From a virus (Duplodnaviria; Caudoviricetes), in IMG/VR virus record IMGVR_UViG_3300031665_000002, positions 981 through 64,980 of that record: 64,000 nucleotides of DNA; one strand, written 5' to 3'. The notes under the pieces were generated by a model, which was not told the origin of the DNA, ran no database searches, and worked only from the letters and a program-made list of their open reading frames with translations. The position numbers and the translations under genes were made by a program. Numbering within the stretch: the stretch's first letter is position 1; each line of letters starts with the position of its first letter. Shown here in pieces: positions 19,466-25,895 of the stretch.

Positions 19466-19728
19466 TTTGTCCGGTTTCCTTCCTCGTTCTCTCTGCTTCA
19501 ATTTTATCAAGTGTGCGGTTTACACGGGCTCGCGCATTGTTCCTTTCAGCAATGCGCCTTGCTTGGGCGTGCAGCAATGCACGCGATTTTGAATCTTCAC
19601 TCATGTTACTAAGTCCCGCTAAAGGTTGGTGGAGTGCTGGGGGCGCAGTAGCACGCTACCCCGAAGGACGGCCCGTAGGCATCGCCCAGCCGTTTTTATA
19701 CTGTATGAGCACCCCATAACGCCGGAAG

Positions 19729-19974
19729 CTATCCGGCCACGATTGGTTGAGATTTCAAGAATTCTTCCCCTTTCCTTTTAGCTTCGCTTCGTATGAAAAC
19801 GGCCATGTACACCAAGTCGGGGCGCGTCAGCCTGTAGCCGGACTCCCCGCCCTCGATGCCCTGTATTCGCCGCTTGCCGCAGTCCAACAGCTCCGCCGCC
19901 GCCCCTTGGGATATGCCCAACGCATCGCGCCACTCTCTAAGTGTTCCGCTCCATATTGGCAGCTCGCTAGTCAT
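19729..19974 (-). CDS. XRE/Cro-family HTH transcriptional regulator
   Basis: LREWRDALGISQGAAAELLDCGKRRIQGIEGG; divergent from the early promoter. Confidence 0.85.
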   Translation of the reverse strand: MTSELPIWSGTLREWRDALGISQGAAAELLDCGKRRIQGIEGGESGYRLTRPDLVYMAVFIRSEAKRKGEEFLKSQPIVAG

Positions 19975-20054
19975 AGTAGCCCCTTTCGTCTGTTGTTATG
20001 CCGCAACAATCTGTTTATCTCACGCGAAAATCGCTAACGCAACAAAAAAAAGTA

Positions 20055-20093
20055 GCGATTTCCGCACTTTTTTATTGACGGCGCGGAAATCGC
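20055..20093. promoter_or_regulatory. Putative operator: 11-bp inverted repeat bracketing the -35 box
   Basis: GCGATTTCCGC (20055-65) and GCGGAAATCGC (20083-93), 17 bp apart; related half-site GCGAAAATCGC near 20024-34. Confidence 0.6.
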
Positions 20094-20103
20094 GGTTTAT
20101 ATT
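20075..20103 (+). promoter_or_regulatory. Strong sigma70-type early promoter
   Basis: TTGACG-N17-TATATT with upstream A/T tracts (UP-element-like). Confidence 0.8.
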
Positions 20104-20210
20104 AAAATCATAGACAGGGCGGAGAGAGGCGCGGGGCAGGAGCCCACAAATCGAACCGGGAAGCCCAGGGAACCGGGAAGGCCAACAGGCCCCGGCCAAA
20201 AAATAACCAA

Positions 20211-20408
20211 GTCTTACTTGGCGAGCGCTCTTATCCGCAACTTGGCGAAGCACTCGCAACCACCTCTCAGATGCTGGAAACAGATAACGAACGCGGAACA
20301 CAGCTCAGCGGACACGATCCGCAATCCTGGCAACCCGAATGCGGAACCTGAAGTGAAAAGAACGCTACCACCGGCCAACAGGCTATGGGAGCGCTCACCA
20401 AGTAAGAC
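20211..20408 (+). ncRNA. Candidate structured leader/ncRNA closed by a 20-bp stem
   Basis: 20211-30 GTCTTACTTGGCGAGCGCTC is complementary at 19/20 positions to 20389-408; no credible ORF between promoter and 20432. Confidence 0.5.
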
Positions 20409-20431
20409 GACTGAAACAGAAGGGAAAGACA

Positions 20432-20671
20432 ATGCAACTGAACACCTCAGACCTACCCCCAGTAACTCAACTAGCACTCGCTGAAGTGCACCTCGAAAAG
20501 CTGGAAAAAGCAATGAAAGCTGATCGACAAGACGCGGGCGCTATTCAGCAGGTTACCGACCGCATTTTGCAAGTGAGAGCGTGGCGTGGCGCTGAAGTCA
20601 TTCATGACTTCATGCTTGAAGGCGCTCGCGAATGGAGCGCTTGGTATACAAGCAGCAGGTACGCCAAATAA
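20432..20671 (+). CDS. Early hypothetical protein (cassette 1)
   Basis: 79 aa; SD GAAGGGA. Confidence 0.7.
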   Translation: MQLNTSDLPPVTQLALAEVHLEKLEKAMKADRQDAGAIQQVTDRILQVRAWRGAEVIHDFMLEGAREWSAWYTSSRYAK

Positions 20672-20672
20672 A

Positions 20673-20733
20673 TAACCGCCTCTCTCAGCCGCCCCGTGAT
20701 AGGGCGGCCTTGACGGGCAGTTAACCCGAAAAC
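20673..20733 (+). repeat. Structured intergenic repeat copy 1
   Basis: TAACCGCCTCTCTCAGCCGCCC-loop-GGGCGGCCTTGACGGGCAGTTAACCCGAAAAC. Confidence 0.92.
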
Positions 20734-20747
20734 AGAAAGGCCAAACA

Positions 20748-20942
20748 ATGGAAGTATTCAGCACACCGGCATTGCCCGCACATTGGGTTGTGAGAGATGA
20801 TAACGGGGAACAGTGGATTGTTCCGGCACACAACAGCGGGTGGAGCAAAAAGCGCCCATATCGCGGAAATTACACCCTCGAAACGGCGCTATCTTACATG
20901 CCACCAGCAATTCGCAAACAACTGTACGGCATTCCAGCCTAA
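20748..20942 (+). CDS. Early hypothetical protein (cassette 2)
   Basis: 64 aa, Trp/Pro-rich; stop codon is the TAA of repeat 2. Confidence 0.75.
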   Translation: MEVFSTPALPAHWVVRDDNGEQWIVPAHNSGWSKKRPYRGNYTLETALSYMPPAIRKQLYGIPA

Positions 20943-20997
20943 CCGCCTTTTTTAGCCGCCCTTCGGGGCGGCCTTGACGGGCAGTTAAAATCTGAAA
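20940..20997 (+). repeat. Structured intergenic repeat copy 2
   Basis: P1 has a C-TTCG-G loop; P2 arm is TCTG instead of CCCG. Confidence 0.92.
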
Positions 20998-21012
20998 GGG
21001 AAGGGCAGAACA

Positions 21013-21123
21013 ATGAAACACATGCACAACGCACTTGAAATCACCTTTTGCATCGCCATTGCAGCCGCCGCCGCAAGGTGGGGAATTTACGCCGTCGCAT
21101 ATTTGGGGTTTGCAACCCTTTAA
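21013..21123 (+). CDS. 36-aa hydrophobic (membrane) peptide (cassette 3)
   Basis: MKHMHNALEITFCIAIAAAAARWGIYAVAYLGFATL; exactly fills the space between repeats 2 and 3; good SD. Confidence 0.65.
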   Translation: MKHMHNALEITFCIAIAAAAARWGIYAVAYLGFATL

Positions 21124-21180
21124 CCGCCTCTCTTAGCCGCCCCTCACGGGGCGGCCTTGACGGGCGATTGGACCCGAAAC
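21121..21180 (+). repeat. Structured intergenic repeat copy 3
   Basis: TAACCGCCTCTCTTAGCCGCCCC-TCAC-GGGGCGGCCTTGACGGGCGATTGGACCCGAAAC. Confidence 0.92.
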
Positions 21181-21203
21181 CCGACGCACGCGGAGATACA
21201 ACC

Positions 21204-21404
21204 ATGAAAGCATCTTTTGAAATTCTACCAGGAATTCGTATTCCTTATGTTGTCGAAAAAATCAACGATAACAGACACCTCGAAATCAGTTTTTTTGATG
21301 GGAAATGTTGGGCGTCAACCACCATCGAAAACACCGGCGTTATAACGTCAGAGCTAGTTCAAACGACTGTTTTAAATTGGATAGCAAACAATCCGCTAAA
21401 TTAA
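21204..21404 (+). CDS. Early hypothetical protein (cassette 4)
   Basis: 66 aa from MKASFEIL; SD GGAG. Confidence 0.7.
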   Translation: MKASFEILPGIRIPYVVEKINDNRHLEISFFDGKCWASTTIENTGVITSELVQTTVLNWIANNPLN

Positions 21405-21463
21405 ACCGCCTCGCTTAGCTGCCCTTTGTGAGGGCAGCCTTGCCGGGCAGTTAGCCCGAAAAC
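21402..21463 (+). repeat. Structured intergenic repeat copy 4
   Basis: P1 GCTGCCC/GGGCAGC, a compensatory change. Confidence 0.9.
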
Positions 21464-21478
21464 GGAAAGGGCAGAACA

Positions 21479-21688
21479 ATGAAGCGTAACGGCTCATACT
21501 GGAATGGTGTTGCACTTGTCCGGCACATGATTTTCGACACTGAAGAAGAAGCAACACAAGCGCTAAGCCTGATCAAACCCGAAAAAGACGACCCCGACTA
21601 CTACGCCGTAACGGCGTACAACAGCGGGGATGGCTACGTGATAGAAGCCCGCGAAAAAGACGGCAATCATTTTGTTGGACTTCTCTAA
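21479..21688 (+). CDS. Early hypothetical protein (cassette 5)
   Basis: 69 aa, acidic. Confidence 0.75.
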   Translation: MKRNGSYWNGVALVRHMIFDTEEEATQALSLIKPEKDDPDYYAVTAYNSGDGYVIEAREKDGNHFVGLL

Positions 21689-21745
21689 ACCGCCTCTTTT
21701 AGCCGCGCCCTTGGGCGCGGCCTTGACGGGCGATTACCCGAAAAC
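21686..21745 (+). repeat. Structured intergenic repeat copy 5
   Basis: P1 GCCGCGCC/GGCGCGGC, a compensatory insertion. Confidence 0.9.
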
Positions 21746-21761
21746 CTGGAAGGAAACGAAT

Positions 21762-21980
21762 ATGATTACACTACACCTAATAACAGACACGTTGTCAGAC
21801 GGTAGCAAAGCTTATGGCGTGAAACTCTGTAACGGGACAGAGGCCAGCGTCGAGCTTGATTGCGTCGATGGCCCTGCCGCTTGCGTGCTAATGAGTGCTT
21901 TACACGACGCATTAAACGAGGCTGAACAACCCGCAAGCATCGGCAACGATGTGACAAAAACCGCTGGATGGACTGACTAA
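21762..21980 (+). CDS. Early hypothetical protein (cassette 6)
   Basis: 72 aa from MITLHLITD; SD GGAAGG. Confidence 0.7.
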   Translation: MITLHLITDTLSDGSKAYGVKLCNGTEASVELDCVDGPAACVLMSALHDALNEAEQPASIGNDVTKTAGWTD

Positions 21981-22035
21981 CCGCCTCTTTTAGCCGCCCT
22001 TCGGGGCGGCCTTGACGGGCGATTGGACCCGAAAC
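21978..22035 (+). repeat. Structured intergenic repeat copy 6
   Basis: P1 has a C-TTCG-G loop; P2 is CGGG-CGATTGGA-CCCG, then AAAC. Confidence 0.92.
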
Positions 22036-22050
22036 AAGGGGTAACGACAC

Positions 22051-22245
22051 ATGCAGTACTTTAAAGACGCAAGCCGCAATCAACAAGTCGAGGAAGCCGC
22101 GCGATTGGTTGCGGCGGCCAGCAAGGAATATAAAACCGAAAAAGACCCAGAAGCCAAAAGGCTTGCGGGCGTTGCTTACCAACAAGCAAGTAGTGACTTC
22201 AACGATCTTTTCGCGCGCTTGATGCGCGAAGAAGCCGCCGAATAA
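22051..22245 (+). CDS. Early hypothetical protein (cassette 7)
   Basis: 64 aa, helical. Confidence 0.7.
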   Translation: MQYFKDASRNQQVEEAARLVAAASKEYKTEKDPEAKRLAGVAYQQASSDFNDLFARLMREEAAE

Positions 22246-22257
22246 GGGGGGACAAAA

Positions 22258-22659
22258 ATGCAAAACTTTGCACTTGCCCCACCACAAGACCATGAAGTTG
22301 AAGGCGGCGCGGAACCACAACGCCTTGATGTTAAGGTGTTAAAAGATGGCAGCATCGTTGATGCCAGTTCAGGGCGGCGGTTGAGACTCACCGAGACCGG
22401 AATTGAAGACCGGGACGGCAGAGAATATGAATTGCGCCCAGCGGCTCACGCAGCCTTAAGACGCGCAGTAGAACGCGCTCAAGCCAAGAGCGCGCGCGTA
22501 ACAATGTTAGAGTACGCCGGATTGTTTCCTGAAAAAGTGCTTGGCGTAGTCGTGCTGTGCACAGTAAGCACAGTCGCTTTTCTGGAAACAGACAACATTG
22601 TTATTCCTGCTGTAATATCTATTCTGGCGGGAATAATTGCATTGAAACACAGTCGATAA
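22258..22659 (+). CDS. Hypothetical protein with two C-terminal TM helices
   Basis: 133 aa; hydrophobic C-terminus. Confidence 0.65.
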   Translation: MQNFALAPPQDHEVEGGAEPQRLDVKVLKDGSIVDASSGRRLRLTETGIEDRDGREYELRPAAHAALRRAVERAQAKSARVTMLEYAGLFPEKVLGVVVLCTVSTVAFLETDNIVIPAVISILAGIIALKHSR

Positions 22660-22685
22660 AAAAACAAGTCGTCGGAGAATCTATC

Positions 22686-23120
22686 ATGACAATTTACACA
22701 CGCGAGAAACAACTTGCGCGCCTAGTCGGCCTATGGCCAAAACAAACAGCCGACAGGCGGCCCCGCCGCATTGCGGCAAACATAGTTCTACTTCGTCAGG
22801 CCGTGCGCCATATGGCCAGCCTTGCGAAAGGCCCCCACGCATGGACGTATGACGTCAACCGGCATATGGCGTTAAGTGAGGCGCTGCGCGAGGAACTTAG
22901 ACTTCTGCGCAAGCCTCGCGTATCGCACGAAGTCGTTTATCTACAAGATGCAGCGAAAGCCCGCCTCGCGCTTCAGCGTGGCAGCGCATATCCTGGCCGG
23001 TGGGATCGGCGCTTTACACGCGCCGAGCTTTTTGAGGCTCACCGGCGAGCAATCGCCGGAGCGCGCCAAGAACGTGAATTCAGACTTCGCGAGCGCAAGC
23101 TTGCGGAAAAGGCGGCGTAA
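22686..23120 (+). CDS. Hypothetical basic protein
   Basis: Start MTIYTREKQ; HAWTYDVNRHMAL motif, recalled from alphaproteobacterial hypothetical proteins. Confidence 0.6.
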   Translation: MTIYTREKQLARLVGLWPKQTADRRPRRIAANIVLLRQAVRHMASLAKGPHAWTYDVNRHMALSEALREELRLLRKPRVSHEVVYLQDAAKARLALQRGSAYPGRWDRRFTRAELFEAHRRAIAGARQEREFRLRERKLAEKAA

Positions 23121-23178
23121 CGCTTCCTTCAAGCCACAGCGCAAGTTGTGGCCTGGGGCGAGCGCTAAGGCTCGAAAC
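23118..23178 (+). repeat. Divergent copy 7 of the structured repeat
   Basis: TAAC-pyrimidine tract-GCCACAGC-GCAA-GTTGTGGC-CTGGGG-CGAGC-loop-GCTCG-AAAC: same architecture, different sequence. Confidence 0.65.
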
Positions 23179-23201
23179 TGAGAAAACCAGAGAACTTAAA
23201 C

Positions 23202-23384
23202 ATGTACACACGAGAACAGCTTGAGGCCATGACGCGAAATGCACTTTACCAACTCGCCAAGAGCGAAAACGTGCTCGTTTATGGCAATTACACTAAATCA
23301 CGCCTCATTGACTGCATTCTAGCCAAGCAATCAAGGCCGCTTGTCCCAGAGTCAATGAGTGCACGCAGCAAAGCCCAAAGGTGA
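23202..23384 (+). CDS. Rho N-terminal-domain-like (HeH) small protein
   Basis: YTREQLEAMT...LYQLAK...V......KSRLID.IL. Confidence 0.6.
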   Translation: MYTREQLEAMTRNALYQLAKSENVLVYGNYTKSRLIDCILAKQSRPLVPESMSARSKAQR

Positions 23385-23388
23385 AGCC

Positions 23389-23580
23389 ATGGAATACGAG
23401 GAAGATAATACACCGGCGGACGTCGCAAGAAGAATAATGACAAAGAAACTAACAACAAAGGTTAGGAACGGTGAAGTAAGCATCGAAGAACTGGTTGACA
23501 ATTACATGAGAGTGTATGAACTTAAGCTAGCGTATAGAAGACACACAATAAACGCGTGCCGAAATATAGTAAGGCCGTGA
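23389..23580 (+). CDS. Hypothetical protein
   Basis: 63 aa from MEYEED. Confidence 0.5.
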   Translation: MEYEEDNTPADVARRIMTKKLTTKVRNGEVSIEELVDNYMRVYELKLAYRRHTINACRNIVRP

Positions 23581-23657
23581 AGCTATAACGAAAAATGGCG
23601 GGCAATTTGCCCGCCAGTGTAACCCCATCTTCCAAAAAACCTGTGAAAGGATGAATC

Positions 23658-24722
23658 ATGGATAGCAAAGCGAGCGCATGGGCGCAAGCCATAACTGGCT
23701 TTATCATAGCCGGGCTTGTCGCCGCCTGCGTATACAACGACATTATGAACAACGTCGAATACGGGCAAAACATCTCAACAGAGATGGCGCTAGCCCTTGG
23801 CGTATTCGGCGCGGCTATCGGGATAATCCCGTTTGCGTCCGGCTTCGTCGGATGGAACCGCGTTTTTACCGCGGCGTTTGCCGTATGTGTTGCAATCACC
23901 GTCTACGCATCAGCGACAGCCTACCTTAACAAGCAGGGCGAAAACATCGTGCACGCCGCCGACAAGGCGACGGCGCATAAAAGCGCCCTGGCCGACGCCA
24001 GCGCCGCACGCGCCGAGTTGTCGAATATCCGCGAAAAGGGCGACGTTGCAGCCCTAACCGCTGCCCTCAAACTGGCGCAAAACCGCGCCCGCACCGAGGA
24101 AGCAAACGGCGGCTGCGGCGAACGATGCCGCACCGCTTACGCAAGCGCTGCAAGCTTGCTTGAGCGTATCGCCAACGCGAAAGCCCGTGACGCCGCTCAA
24201 AAACGCTTAATCGTCGCCAAGGCCGACGTCGCCAAAGGCGGCGCAATGGTGGACGCCGGGGCGGAGCTTATCGCCCGGCAGATTGGCGGAGAACCTGCCA
24301 ATATTGCGCAGACTCTCTCAGCGATCATGGCCGGGCTGGTCATTATCGCAACGCAACTTGTGGCCGCGTGCGGCCACCAAGCGGCGCGGCTGATTTCCAG
24401 CGGACTTGGCGCTATTTTTACAGCCAGCAAAAAGCCAAAGGCTAAGGCGCAAACCTCCCCGCCCCTTCAGAAGGGCAAAGGCGGACGCAAAGCGAATATC
24501 ACGCGCGAGCAAGCGCTTGAGATCCTGCGCAAACAGGCCGAGGCAGCAGGCGGGCAAATTATCGCCAGCGGCGCGGCAATCGCCCAATCGCTGGGCGTTG
24601 GTCGCTCGACCGTGTGCGACCCAAAGAAAGGCTGGCTTGCCTACTGGCAAAAAACCGGCTTGATAACAGTTGAAAGTAAGGGGCGCAAAACCGCGCTCAC
24701 AATCACGGCGAAAGCCGCTTAA
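23658..24722 (+). CDS. Membrane protein with coiled coil and C-terminal HTH
   Basis: Three N-terminal TM segments, coiled coil, TM at about 215-240, then SGAAIAQSLGVGRSTV HTH. Confidence 0.7.
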   Translation: MDSKASAWAQAITGFIIAGLVAACVYNDIMNNVEYGQNISTEMALALGVFGAAIGIIPFASGFVGWNRVFTAAFAVCVAITVYASATAYLNKQGENIVHAADKATAHKSALADASAARAELSNIREKGDVAALTAALKLAQNRARTEEANGGCGERCRTAYASAASLLERIANAKARDAAQKRLIVAKADVAKGGAMVDAGAELIARQIGGEPANIAQTLSAIMAGLVIIATQLVAACGHQAARLISSGLGAIFTASKKPKAKAQTSPPLQKGKGGRKANITREQALEILRKQAEAAGGQIIASGAAIAQSLGVGRSTVCDPKKGWLAYWQKTGLITVESKGRKTALTITAKAA

Positions 24723-24737
24723 CGGAGTGTAAAAACT

Positions 24738-24872
24738 ATGGAACGCGATGATTTTGAAGTTCTGAAAATCACCTTCGCGGAGCCAAAAGAGCAACGCAAG
24801 AGCCGCGTCATCGATAAAGTGATGGCGTGGCTCGCTAAGCTTGGCCTTAGAATAGCGCAGCAACGAGGCTAA
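24738..24872 (+). CDS. Small hypothetical protein (44 aa)
   Basis: Manual ORF MERDDFEVLKITF...; SD GGAG. Confidence 0.4.
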   Translation: MERDDFEVLKITFAEPKEQRKSRVIDKVMAWLAKLGLRIAQQRG

Positions 24873-24941
24873 ACGCCAGCCGACCAAGAAGCAAGGCGAC
24901 GCCCAATATACCACCCCACCACACCACACTGGCGAAACGTT

Positions 24942-25208
24942 TCATATTCCAATTTTTGCCATTACTATTTGGCCAAGGATGGAAACTATCGCCAGAAGCC
25001 CCCCAACCACTAGCTTCTTCATGTCGGAATCCATTGACTCCATCGACCGGGAAACGTTCATGTGCAATGTCGTCAGCGTCAAAAGGCGTGCTTCCAGGGA
25101 GTGGACACGACGCGCCAGCCCTGGAACTTCTTCCAGGTTGCGCGCTATATGCGCCTGACGTTCTTCTAGGACCGTCAACCGCCGTTCCATCTCCAAATCG
25201 TGCAACAC
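24942..25208 (-). CDS. XhlA/holin-like coiled-coil protein with C-terminal TM
   Basis: ERRLTVLEERQ...coiled coil plus LVVGGLLAIVSILGQIV. Confidence 0.5.
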   Translation of the reverse strand: MLHDLEMERRLTVLEERQAHIARNLEEVPGLARRVHSLEARLLTLTTLHMNVSRSMESMDSDMKKLVVGGLLAIVSILGQIVMAKIGI

Positions 25209-25265
25209 GTTCAGTATTCCACATTAGTTTTGCGTTTGTAATTAAACTCATAACCATGTCCCCCA

Positions 25266-25886
25266 CTATCGCGAGTTGCCGTTTTTGGCAAGCACATGGC
25301 CATCAATGGCCCCCGCAACGGCGAGCGTCCGTGATGCGCGAGCATCAGCCGCGCTAGCTGTTTTTCCGGCCCGCAATGCGGCTTGCCGTTGTTTATGAAT
25401 TTCTGAATAGATTTCGTATTCCCGCAGAAGTACCCACGCAAGCGCGCGAGTTGAACCGACAGCCGCACCGTAAGCTATCAGCGGATCATCGCTATTAGAA
25501 ACCAGCGCCCCCCAATCAACGAAACTATGTTCAGTTTCGCCGCTTTCCATGCGGGCAAAATACTCCGCCTGATCGGCGACCCCGCCGCGCATGTATCGCT
25601 TGATTATCCAGCGATAGGCGGAAACCTCAAAATTCATATAGGTTTCAAAGGGAACCCCCCGAAGGGCAAACGCCGCATAACGTCCGCGAGGAACGCCGGA
25701 ATGAAAGGAAACGACGCGGTTTCCAGATGCAAGCTGCTGAGCTTCATACCATCTAGTTAGAATATCACGCTCTTGTTGAGTGCAAGAGCCTTTCATGTAC
25801 TCCATCGGGCTTGCTGGCGGCCCATCATCCGGACTTAACGGCAGTATTTCGCCACCTACTACCACCCCACAAAGCGCTTGAGTCAT
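25266..25886 (-). CDS. Hypothetical protein
   Basis: 206 aa downstream of the initiator. Confidence 0.6.
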   Translation of the reverse strand: MTQALCGVVVGGEILPLSPDDGPPASPMEYMKGSCTQQERDILTRWYEAQQLASGNRVVSFHSGVPRGRYAAFALRGVPFETYMNFEVSAYRWIIKRYMRGGVADQAEYFARMESGETEHSFVDWGALVSNSDDPLIAYGAAVGSTRALAWVLLREYEIYSEIHKQRQAALRAGKTASAADARASRTLAVAGAIDGHVLAKNGNSR

Positions 25887-25895
25887 ATGTCGCCC

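Noticed and set aside
13178-19728. tRNA genes in intergenic gaps
   Set aside because: No cloverleaf with a TTCRA T-loop and acceptor stem found by eye.
20104-20431. CsrB/RsmZ-like sponge RNA (11 GGA motifs)
   Set aside because: Only about twice the chance expectation, most not clearly in hairpin loops, and CsrA is generally absent from the inferred host group.
20673-22035. CRISPR array
   Set aside because: The intervals are 120-250 bp and each is a complete ORF with SD and stop. The repeats vary with compensatory changes, and there are no cas genes.
20673-22035. Repeats as sigma70 promoters (they contain TTGACG)
   Set aside because: No -10-like hexamer 16-18 bp downstream (e.g. CAGAAA), and copies 4 and 7 lack TTGACG.
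20673-23178. Repeats as intrinsic terminators or canonical hammerhead ribozymes
   Set aside because: No U-tract follows the hairpin on the coding strand. The junction is CUUGA(C)...GAAA, not the required CUGANGA core.
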